A stretch of 11,494 bases of DNA from Promethearchaeia archaeon (GCA_029856125.1 JAHQWJ010000006.1:1-11494), one strand, 5' to 3'. Counted from the first letter of the stretch, positions 1 to 6,860 are shown. Notes: a model not told the origin generated them from the letters alone. Numbers and translations are program-made.

Positions 1-149
1 AAAGTTTGATTTTTATAAATTATTAAATCTAAGCGTATTTTTGGTTAATATCTATGTAATTTTAAGTTAAAAACATTTGATATAAAACTAATCACGTCTT
101 AAATATAATCTAGATAAAAACTAATTTCGTTTAATATTACATTATTACT

Positions 150-1193
150 ATGCCAAAAGAGGTCATCCTCTGCCTAAGTTATTTTGATTCAATATTGGGT
201 CCTAACCTACTTCATTGTAGTTCCCCATTAAATCCTCAAGAACATCCAGATTTAAGTAGAATTCTGGAATTCACTGAGGAAGAAGGAAATTTTATATTTA
301 CTTTTAGAAAATACCAAACCGTTAACCACATTTTCTATATTGACTCCGAATTTGCGCGAGGAGGAAAAGAGCTCCTAATGATAACTTATATGATTAGAGC
401 CGCTTACTTTAAGGACGAAATTACTGATGTATACAATTACTTATTATCTAAAGAGGCTGATCTAGAATCTTATGCTTCTGAACTTAAAAAACTTCAAGCA
501 CTCACAGAATTACTACATGGCCATAAAGATCTTACAAATAAAAAGAAAATTCTTAATCTCGCCTCGAAAGGGTTTAAAACAATTTTTATGAATCTTTTTA
601 ATAAATATTTAGAAAAGATGAGTCCAAAGATAGATTTAACTACTCATTCATTAAACAGAGGAAACTTAAAGAAGATTTATGTTTTTGGACCACGAAACGC
701 AGGAAAAACTACGTTCGTAAAAAACTTAGAGGTTATACAATTTCTCCAATATAAGAACAATGAAATGAAACGAGATCTGGCAAGTAAGATATATGATTTT
801 ATAATTGATAACATCGAAGTTTTGACTTACGAATGTATTGATGAAGATACGGATGATGAAACAACTACATTGTACGAAGATTGTATAGATAATGCTCAAG
901 GTTTTATCTTAATCTATGATGCCTCTAATAAGGACTCTATGAAAGAAACCATTGAAATGTTCCAGTTAGTTTTAAATAGATGTCAAGTTAAGGGGGATTC
1001 TATGCCAATAATGATAATTGGCAATAAATATCACGACAAAGAAGAATTACCCCCTGATTTGATACTTGAGAATTTCGATCTGAATGAATTAGCTGAGTGT
1101 GGGTTATTGGTCCAATCTTATTCCATTAATGTTCTCAGCGAGGATGAAAAAATTATTGAAGCAATTCGCTGGCTTTTAATGCGTATTATATAA
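150..1193 (+). CDS. Ras-superfamily small GTPase-like protein (atypical G motifs) with N-terminal longin/uDENN-like domain
   Basis: 347 aa ORF. P-loop GPRNAGKT at aa 180-187 (nt 687-710), Ras-like strand AQGFILIYDAS, G4-like IIGNKYH (nt 1023-1034). N-terminus ILCLSYFDSILGPNLLHC resembles the 'hydrophobic-F-x4-GP' first hairpin of uDENN/longin domains (NPRL2, folliculin, SMCR8). Confidence 0.75.
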   Translation: MPKEVILCLSYFDSILGPNLLHCSSPLNPQEHPDLSRILEFTEEEGNFIFTFRKYQTVNHIFYIDSEFARGGKELLMITYMIRAAYFKDEITDVYNYLLSKEADLESYASELKKLQALTELLHGHKDLTNKKKILNLASKGFKTIFMNLFNKYLEKMSPKIDLTTHSLNRGNLKKIYVFGPRNAGKTTFVKNLEVIQFLQYKNNEMKRDLASKIYDFIIDNIEVLTYECIDEDTDDETTTLYEDCIDNAQGFILIYDASNKDSMKETIEMFQLVLNRCQVKGDSMPIMIIGNKYHDKEELPPDLILENFDLNELAECGLLVQSYSINVLSEDEKIIEAIRWLLMRII

Positions 1194-1239
1194 ATTTATT
1201 TCCCTGAAGCTAAATGCTATAGAAGATATAATTACATTT

Positions 1240-1686
1240 CTAATCGTAAGGAGATTTCCACTTTCTGAAATAAAGATCGTATTTCTTTAACAAATCCCTG
1301 GGATCCAACTTCCGTTCTTCTTGGATTGCTTTTAGTGCTTCAAGTACAATTTCAGTTTGTAAAAGTTGAAATTCTTGGCTCTTTAAATCACTGGTAGTAA
1401 GATACCTATGCCCAATTTCATTTGCTTTTAGTGTATCCATAGTGTTTATATTATAAATATCCATGAAATAACCAATTACAAATGCTCCAAGCAATAATAC
1501 CGGAAATATAAGTATTAACATCCAAAAACTTATCTGAAAAGCTAAAGATATTAATGATATAGCACTAACGGTGGATACCGCAATTCCATAATAGGATTGG
1601 CCCAACTTAAGCCGAGACAACTGTCTTCCAATAAAATGCGCACTCTTCACTCTTTTTACAATATTTGATTTTTTCAGTCTTAACAT
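1240..1686 (-). CDS. Hypothetical membrane protein (about 2 TM helices)
   Basis: 148 aa ORF filling the gap between neighbours. Hydrophobic segments YYGIAVSTVSAISLISLAF and FWMLILIFPVLLLGAFVIGYFM, basic N-terminus, SD-like GATGTGAT just upstream on the minus strand. Confidence 0.7.
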   Translation of the reverse strand: MLRLKKSNIVKRVKSAHFIGRQLSRLKLGQSYYGIAVSTVSAISLISLAFQISFWMLILIFPVLLLGAFVIGYFMDIYNINTMDTLKANEIGHRYLTTSDLKSQEFQLLQTEIVLEALKAIQEERKLDPRDLLKKYDLYFRKWKSPYD

Positions 1687-1823
1687 TTTATCACATCGAA
1701 TATATTAAATTGGTTTTTTTTAACCAACTTAAATTTGAAAAATACTGTATTATTTATAAAAAAACTTCAGAAAATTACGATTTATTATTATATATTGACT
1801 TCCTCGTTTTATGAATTAGAAGC

Positions 1824-1839
1824 TAAACCTTTTTTATAA
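1824..1839 (+). promoter_or_regulatory. Archaeal BRE/TATA promoter of the glutaredoxin-like gene (probably leaderless)
   Basis: TAAACC-TTTTTTATAA. TTTATA at 1833-1838 lies about 25 nt upstream of ATG 1863, with no SD before the start. Confidence 0.55.
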
Positions 1840-1862
1840 GGGGTAGATATGTTATAAATATT

Positions 1863-2159
1863 ATGAGCAAAATGCAAGTTCCTATTATTATTACAAAAAC
1901 TGATTGTCACCGTTGTCATGAACTTATGGAGTGGCTTGATGAGCGAAAAGTTAATTATATTGAGAAAGACATTGAAGATGAAGATATGGTTCATAAGCTA
2001 TTGCACGACAAAAACTTTCTAAAAAATTTCTGTGACGCAGACGGATGTGTTGTAAATACACCAGTTGTAATAATGGACGGAAAATATTGGTTTAAAGAGC
2101 TTTGGGGTATCTCAGGACTCAGAGAAAAAGCAGCTAAGAAACTTTTTAACGTTAAGTAA
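1863..2159 (+). CDS. Glutaredoxin/NrdH-like thioredoxin-fold protein
   Basis: 98 aa. N-terminal TKTDCHRC (CxxC), YIEKDI strand and cis-Pro loop NTPVVIMDG typical of glutaredoxins. Extra CDADGC pair. Confidence 0.8.
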   Translation: MSKMQVPIIITKTDCHRCHELMEWLDERKVNYIEKDIEDEDMVHKLLHDKNFLKNFCDADGCVVNTPVVIMDGKYWFKELWGISGLREKAAKKLFNVK

Positions 2160-2167
2160 ATTAATAG

Positions 2168-2193
2168 TTTTTTTTTTTGCTAATTTTTTTATT
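2168..2193 (+). terminator. Oligo-T terminator after the glutaredoxin-like gene
   Basis: Run of 11 T followed by a second T-tract, starting 8 nt after the stop codon, in a convergent gene gap. Confidence 0.5.
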
Positions 2194-2247
2194 CTAGGAA
2201 ATAGTTTTCCAACTTTTAGCATGTATAGATTGTAAAATTCTATTCGT

Positions 2248-2850
2248 TTAAAGATCTTTTAGTTCTGCTAGTCTTTTTATAACTTTTCTAATCGATCTTA
2301 ACCCTTCTTCATCGTTTTGAACACCTTCCTTTCCTTTATCCCTACTCCATAAGGAAGCACCTAAATTAGCTCCAAAAGCTCCACCTGAGACGGAAATGAC
2401 ATGGTTTTGTTGGTAGAAATCTAAAATACTTCTAATTGCAATTTCTTGCCCACCATTTCTATCTCCTCCTACCGCAAGAGCTATTCCATATTTATCTTTA
2501 AATACATTAGGCTTTTTTGCCACTAATCCACGACAGCGATCAAGTAAAGTTTTAAGCTGCCCTGACATAGTCCCTTGAAAAACCGGCGTTCCTAAAAGTA
2601 AAAATTTCGATTCTTCTAATTTAGTGTAAAGTTCTGAAATATCATCCTCGTTAATGCATCCTTTTTTCTCTCTGATACAAAAGTCACAGTGAGTACAAAA
2701 CTTTATTTCTTTGCCTCTTACCGTCCAGTATTCAATTTCAAAACTAAATTTTTCGGCTGCGTAATTTAATGCGTATTGCACGGCAAAATCAGTTCCTTGT
2801 TTTCTGGGGCTTCCACAAATGCCTAACAGTAAATTCTTGTTTTCCACCAT
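2248..2850 (-). CDS. isf: Iron-sulfur flavoprotein (Isf; flavodoxin-like fold, FMN + 4Fe-4S)
   Basis: GICGSPRKQGT FMN-phosphate loop, compact CTHCDFCIREKKGC (CX2CX2CX6C) cluster motif, LGTPVFQG and GGDRNGGQE motifs. Confidence 0.88.
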   Translation of the reverse strand: MVENKNLLLGICGSPRKQGTDFAVQYALNYAAEKFSFEIEYWTVRGKEIKFCTHCDFCIREKKGCINEDDISELYTKLEESKFLLLGTPVFQGTMSGQLKTLLDRCRGLVAKKPNVFKDKYGIALAVGGDRNGGQEIAIRSILDFYQQNHVISVSGGAFGANLGASLWSRDKGKEGVQNDEEGLRSIRKVIKRLAELKDL

Positions 2851-2902
2851 AATAATAATATTACATAATTCTATCTTTAATTATTACTATTCATTTTTAA
2901 TC

Positions 2903-2919
2903 TAAAAAATGTTTTAAAT
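2903..2919 (+). promoter_or_regulatory. Archaeal BRE/TATA promoter of the HTH_10 regulator
   Basis: TAAAAAATG-TTTTAAAT. The TATA-like element at 2912-2919 ends about 22 nt before ATG 2941. Confidence 0.45.
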
Positions 2920-2940
2920 TCTTCATGACTACAAATAACG

Positions 2941-3594
2941 ATGGAATCGACCAAATCGAGCTTAGCAAGAATTAAAATTAAATTCCCAGATCAGATTTGG
3001 ATCGCACACATTTTCAAAAACTTTCGAGATATCCGAATGGAAATTGAACATTTTCTTCCCTACGATTTTGAAAACTCAATAGGTAATTCTATAATTGAAA
3101 TTTTTCACTACAGTATCGATTTAATAATAGATGAAGTTAAAAATCACAAATCTGTTATCGATTTCAGTATTCTGGAAATGGATAAAAAACGGGTTAAATT
3201 CAATGTCAAAACTAAGGATCCCTTTCTTTTGTACGCTGTAATTAGATGTGGCGTTTTAGTGAATTTCCCAATTAGAGTTAGAGAAGGATATGCATTTTGG
3301 CGGTTAGTTTCAAAGAGAGAGAATATAGACAAACTCTTATCATTATTTGATCAGAAAGGCATTGAATATACACTTCTCAGAATTGGAAATTCTCCTTATA
3401 GTATTGACGACGATAAGAATAAGCTAACATTAGATGAATCTACAATTTTGAATAAAGCTATCTCTTCAGGTTTTTTTGAAATTCCAAGAAAGATTTCTTT
3501 AGAGGAATTAGCAAACGAGTTAGGAAAGTCAAAATCTGCTTTATCTGTTACTCTTAGAAAAATAATAAAAAAAAAAGTAATGTTCGAGATGTAG
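2941..3594 (+). CDS. HTH_10 (bacterio-opsin activator-like C-terminal HTH) archaeal transcriptional regulator
   Basis: C-terminal LTLDESTILNKAISSGFFEIPRKISLEELANELGKSKSALSVTLRK matches the HTH_10 consensus (LT..Q...L..A...GYF..PR...L.ELA.ELG.S.S....LR). The 217 aa size is typical. Divergent from isf. Confidence 0.88.
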   Translation: MESTKSSLARIKIKFPDQIWIAHIFKNFRDIRMEIEHFLPYDFENSIGNSIIEIFHYSIDLIIDEVKNHKSVIDFSILEMDKKRVKFNVKTKDPFLLYAVIRCGVLVNFPIRVREGYAFWRLVSKRENIDKLLSLFDQKGIEYTLLRIGNSPYSIDDDKNKLTLDESTILNKAISSGFFEIPRKISLEELANELGKSKSALSVTLRKIIKKKVMFEM

Positions 3595-3648
3595 CTATTT
3601 GTAAATTAAGTATATTCTACTGATTTACAATTCGTCTAATTTTAAATT

Positions 3649-4158
3649 TTAATAATAATCTTGAATTTGTTTTGCTAAAAAAGTCGCTACTTTGGAAATA
3701 TTAAAAGGCCATACATAGGAGAACTGAATGTCAGGGAATTTCTTTCTCGCTCTTTCAATAGCTTCAGGTATATCTTTTTCTGAGTGTTCGCCACCACGAG
3801 TCATCATGGGAGTAATTACGATAATTTTTTCAGAACCGTCCTTGCTGGCTACATCGAAAGCATCTTCTAAAGAAGGAGAACAAAATTCGTTAAAACCAAC
3901 TATTACCTTATAACCCGTCTGGCTTGATATTTCTTCAGCTAATTCTTTTGATGCGTAAAAATATGAGTCATTTTCTTGAGTTCGGCGCCAATTCCGCATT
4001 TTATTGTCCAATTCTTCGTATTGTTGCTGCATAACTGAAGGTGGTGGTCCTGGCATATTTTCCATACGTGAGTGGAGCATAAAATAATCGAGAGTTTCTT
4101 TTTGAGGAAAATCATTAGGTGGCATTCCATGCATAGCAAGAATTATAACTATTTTCAT
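3649..4158 (-). CDS. cbiX: CbiX/SirB family (class II, single-domain) sirohydrochlorin chelatase-like protein
   Basis: IILAMHG (first metal His), VGFNEFCSPSLEDAF, VITPMMTRGGEHSEKDIP (second His) are CbiX(S) motifs. About 45 aa insertion after the HG motif. Confidence 0.8.
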   Translation of the reverse strand: MKIVIILAMHGMPPNDFPQKETLDYFMLHSRMENMPGPPPSVMQQQYEELDNKMRNWRRTQENDSYFYASKELAEEISSQTGYKVIVGFNEFCSPSLEDAFDVASKDGSEKIIVITPMMTRGGEHSEKDIPEAIERARKKFPDIQFSYVWPFNISKVATFLAKQIQDYY

Positions 4159-4183
4159 GATATTATTATAAATTTTAAATTAA

Positions 4184-4197
4184 AATTAAAACTTTTC
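4184..4197 (-). promoter_or_regulatory. Archaeal BRE/TATA promoter of the cbiX-like gene
   Basis: Minus strand reads GAAAAG-TTTTAATT, centred about 30 nt upstream of the ATG at 4158. Confidence 0.45.
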
Positions 4198-4286
4198 AAT
4201 TAGACGATAACAAGTGTGAAAAACTTCGAAAAAAATAATATTATATCTCAAAATGGGTTAGAATACGCTCATAAAATAAAAATAGG

Positions 4287-4298
4287 TAAAAAAAAAAA
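4287..4298 (-). terminator. Oligo-T terminator after the 4Fe-4S protein gene
   Basis: A-run on the + strand (T-run on the coding strand) directly after the stop codon at 4299. Confidence 0.45.
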
Positions 4299-5168
4299 TT
4301 AAAGCCATTCTTCCTTTAAAATATCTCCTTTTACACCAATAACAACGTACTTTATCGGAACTTTTCTACTTGACCTTTTAGCGCCTTCTTGTGCTAAACC
4401 TATTAATCCAGAACAACATGGCACATCCATTACCGCAACAGTAAGCGTATTAATCATAGCTACTTCTATCAATGTTTTGATTTTTTCAATGTAAATTTCT
4501 TTACCTTGGTCAAGTTTTGGACACGCTATAGCAATAGACTTGGATTTTAAGAAATCTCTATGAAAATCTCCGTAAGAATAAGCAACACAGTCAGCAGAAA
4601 GTAAGACATCAGCACCCTGAAAATACGGGGCGTTTGGGTTGATTAGATGCATTTGAACTGGCCATTGTCTTAGTGTTGAAGAAATTTTTCCAGCCGTCTC
4701 AGTTTTAACCTCAGACTCATCAAAAACCATCGTTTGAGAGGATGGGCAACCACATTGGGTTGAAAGATCAACATCGATCTGCTCTACTTGTTTTAATTCA
4801 TTTTGAACTGTAGGCTCATCTAAGACCATCGTTTGGCAACCACATTGGTGAGAATGTTCAGCAACAATTTGCTTAACCTGTTCTAATTCTACTTCTTCTT
4901 CACTTTTTAAAGATTCTAATCGTTTTTCAACAGCTTCCTCGTTAAATTCTGCAGCTTCTCTTTCAATTATTTCAAGGGCACCTGTAGGACATCCTTGGAT
5001 ACAAGCACCTAAGCCATCACAGAAAAGATCATTGACAACTTTAGCCTTTCCATCGATAATTTCAAGGGCGGCTTCAGCACAATCTACGATACAATTGCCG
5101 CATCCATTACATAAATCCCTGTCTATCTCGATAATCTTTCGAATTTTTTTTTGTTCTATTTCAGTCAT
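4299..5168 (-). CDS. 4Fe-4S ferredoxin-domain iron-sulfur protein (FrdX-like family often linked to hybrid cluster protein genes)
   Basis: CNGCGNCIVDCAE and CDGLGACIQGCP cluster motifs. C-terminal domain LRQWPVQMHL...ADCVAY...IACPKLD...MDVPCC is characteristic of this family. Confidence 0.85.
   Translation of the reverse strand: MTEIEQKKIRKIIEIDRDLCNGCGNCIVDCAEAALEIIDGKAKVVNDLFCDGLGACIQGCPTGALEIIEREAAEFNEEAVEKRLESLKSEEEVELEQVKQIVAEHSHQCGCQTMVLDEPTVQNELKQVEQIDVDLSTQCGCPSSQTMVFDESEVKTETAGKISSTLRQWPVQMHLINPNAPYFQGADVLLSADCVAYSYGDFHRDFLKSKSIAIACPKLDQGKEIYIEKIKTLIEVAMINTLTVAVMDVPCCSGLIGLAQEGAKRSSRKVPIKYVVIGVKGDILKEEWL
4713..4889. repeat. Intragenic tandem duplication (about 90 nt / 30 aa period, 2 copies)
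   Basis: 4812-4889 vs 4713-4799 align at 62/78 nt by hand count plus one 9-nt indel. Peptides ELEQVKQIVAEHSHQCGC---QTMVLDEP and ELKQVEQIDVDLSTQCGCPSSQTMVFDES. Confidence 0.9.
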
Positions 5169-5189
5169 ATTTAGATCAAATAGAGATGA

Positions 5190-5269
5190 TTATATATTTT
5201 TAATTTCGAACATGTTCTTTTTAGCTTTAATTGTTCTATTTTTCAATGTATAATAAAAACCTTAAAATA
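5190..5269. promoter_or_regulatory. Divergent promoter region: TATA boxes for the 4Fe-4S gene (-) and the oxidoreductase (+), with a central palindrome
   Basis: Minus strand AAAAA-TATATAA (5196-5190) about 22-28 nt before ATG 5168. Plus strand AAAAACC-TTAAAATA (5262-5269) about 23 nt before ATG 5292. Perfect palindrome GAACATGTTC at 5208-5217. Confidence 0.45.
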
Positions 5270-5291
5270 AAATAATAAAGGTATAAAAAAT

Positions 5292-6632
5292 ATGGAAAAA
5301 ATAATAATCGTTGGTAATAATGTAGCCGGAACCTTTACCGCTCAGAATATTCGATTTCTCAACGAAGACGTTGATATTGAAATTTTTACTCAAGAACGGT
5401 ATCCCTATTATACCAGAATTAAATTGCCTGAAGTTATCTCCAACAAAGTTCAAGCTAACGATTTAATCGTTTTTAAAGATGATTGGTATAAGGATAAAAA
5501 AATTAAGTTAAACCTAAATAAAAGAGTAATAAAAATCGAGCCACATCAGAAAAAATTATTTATTGAGGGTGAAAACAAACCTGCTACTTATGATAAATTA
5601 ATATTAGCTTTGGGTAGTGTTCCCAATATACCTCCCATTAAAAACGCAAGGGAAATAGTTGGAAAAGGAGTATTTACTTTAAGAACAATAGAAGATACTA
5701 TAAACATTAAAAATTATATTGAAAAGACCAAAGCTAAAAAAGCTATTATTATTGGAGGGGGGTTACTTGGGTTAGAATTAGCTAGCCAAATAAAAGACAG
5801 CAATTTAGACACCACTGTAGTCGAATTTTTTCCAAAATTACTTCCCAGACAGCTGGATGACGAATGTAGCGCCATGCTCAAAAAGGAGATTGAAACTAGA
5901 GGTATAAAAGTAGTTTTAAACGCCGCAACTGAAGAAATCCTTGGTAATGGACATGTTACTGGAATTAAATTAAAAGATGGACAAATTTTTGAAGCAGATA
6001 TTATTTTAATCCAAGCAGGTATTAGAGCCACAATAGATCTTGCTCAAAATTCCGGAATAGAAACAAATCGAGGTATCATTGTTGATGAATTTTTAGAAAC
6101 TAGTGAAAAAGATATCTTCGCCGTAGGTGATTGCATTGAATACAAGAATCAAACCTGGGGAATAATTCCTGCTTGTATGGAACAGTCCAAAATAGTTGCT
6201 GCATCTGCCTTGGGTTTAAGAAAGATTGAGTACAAAGGAACGACACCTAAAAATACCTTAAAAATCGTTGGTTTAGAATTAACTTCAATCGGAGTTTTTG
6301 ATCCTTCGCAAGAAGTAGGAGGTAGTTGGGAGATTCTTAAAAAAGCAGACAAGGAAGATTGTTGTTACCAAAAGCTAGTTTTAAAAGATAACAAATTGAA
6401 AGGAGCCATTCTTTTTGGAGACTCTAACGCAATGTCGTTTGTGTACACGAAAATGGAACAAGAGGTCACCAAGAAAGAACTTATGGAAATCCTTGAGCTG
6501 TATCTCTACAAATGTTCCAACTGTGGTGCGGAATACGACGAAACAAAAATGGAAATTCTCTTCGAAAATTTGCCTGAAGATTGGAAATGTCCAAATTGTA
6601 AACACTTGAAAGAAGGTTTCGAAAAAATATAA
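5292..6632 (+). CDS. FAD-dependent NAD(P)H:rubredoxin oxidoreductase-like protein (NirB N-terminal/NROR family) with fused C-terminal rubredoxin domain
   Basis: IIIVGNNVAG (FAD), YDKLILALGS, IIGGGLLGLE plus VVE (NADH-type), TSEKDIFAVGD. C-terminus YKCSNCGAEYD...FENLPEDWKCPNC is a rubredoxin domain (about nt 6507-6629). Confidence 0.88.
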   Translation: MEKIIIVGNNVAGTFTAQNIRFLNEDVDIEIFTQERYPYYTRIKLPEVISNKVQANDLIVFKDDWYKDKKIKLNLNKRVIKIEPHQKKLFIEGENKPATYDKLILALGSVPNIPPIKNAREIVGKGVFTLRTIEDTINIKNYIEKTKAKKAIIIGGGLLGLELASQIKDSNLDTTVVEFFPKLLPRQLDDECSAMLKKEIETRGIKVVLNAATEEILGNGHVTGIKLKDGQIFEADIILIQAGIRATIDLAQNSGIETNRGIIVDEFLETSEKDIFAVGDCIEYKNQTWGIIPACMEQSKIVAASALGLRKIEYKGTTPKNTLKIVGLELTSIGVFDPSQEVGGSWEILKKADKEDCCYQKLVLKDNKLKGAILFGDSNAMSFVYTKMEQEVTKKELMEILELYLYKCSNCGAEYDETKMEILFENLPEDWKCPNCKHLKEGFEKI

Positions 6633-6637
6633 ATTCT

Positions 6638-6644
6638 AGGTGAT
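6638..6644 (+). promoter_or_regulatory. Shine-Dalgarno site of rubredoxin 1
   Basis: AGGTGAT ending 4 nt upstream of ATG 6649, in the 16-nt gap after the oxidoreductase stop. Confidence 0.7.
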
Positions 6645-6648
6645 TTTT

Positions 6649-6789
6649 ATGGCAATATATCGATGTAAAAGATGTAATTATCTCTATATTGACGAAGAAC
6701 AAAAAGTTCCTTTTGAGGCAGTTGACGAAGACTATAAATGCCCGAGGTGCCGAGCTTCTAAGAGATTTTTTGTAAAGAAAAATGCTTAA
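6649..6789 (+). CDS. Rubredoxin-like protein 1 (46 aa, atypical, basic); not in ORF track
   Basis: Manual translation MAIYRCKRCNYLYIDEEQKVPFEAVDEDYKCPRCRASKRFFVKKNA*. Two CxxC, YxY, F..V..DYKCPxC and K..F rubredoxin pattern, with a strong SD. Confidence 0.85.
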   Translation: MAIYRCKRCNYLYIDEEQKVPFEAVDEDYKCPRCRASKRFFVKKNA

Positions 6790-6860
6790 TAAAATAATAA
6801 ACTGAAATAATGATCAGATTTATGATAATTGACTAGAAATAAATTTAAGATTGATGAGTA

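Noticed and set aside
1827-1844. ACCTTTTTTATAAGGGGT hairpin as ncRNA or terminator
   Set aside because: Needs G-U pairs, is short, and coincides with the TATA box of the glutaredoxin-like gene.
4713-4889. CRISPR-like repeat-spacer or mobile-element terminal repeat
   Set aside because: Only two degenerate, in-frame copies inside a CDS, with no cas or transposase genes.
5292-6632. Assimilatory nitrite reductase NirB (tempting given the nearby sirohydrochlorin chelatase)
   Set aside because: Only the FAD/NADH module is present. There are no BFD-like 2Fe-2S or siroheme/4Fe-4S domains, and a rubredoxin is fused instead.
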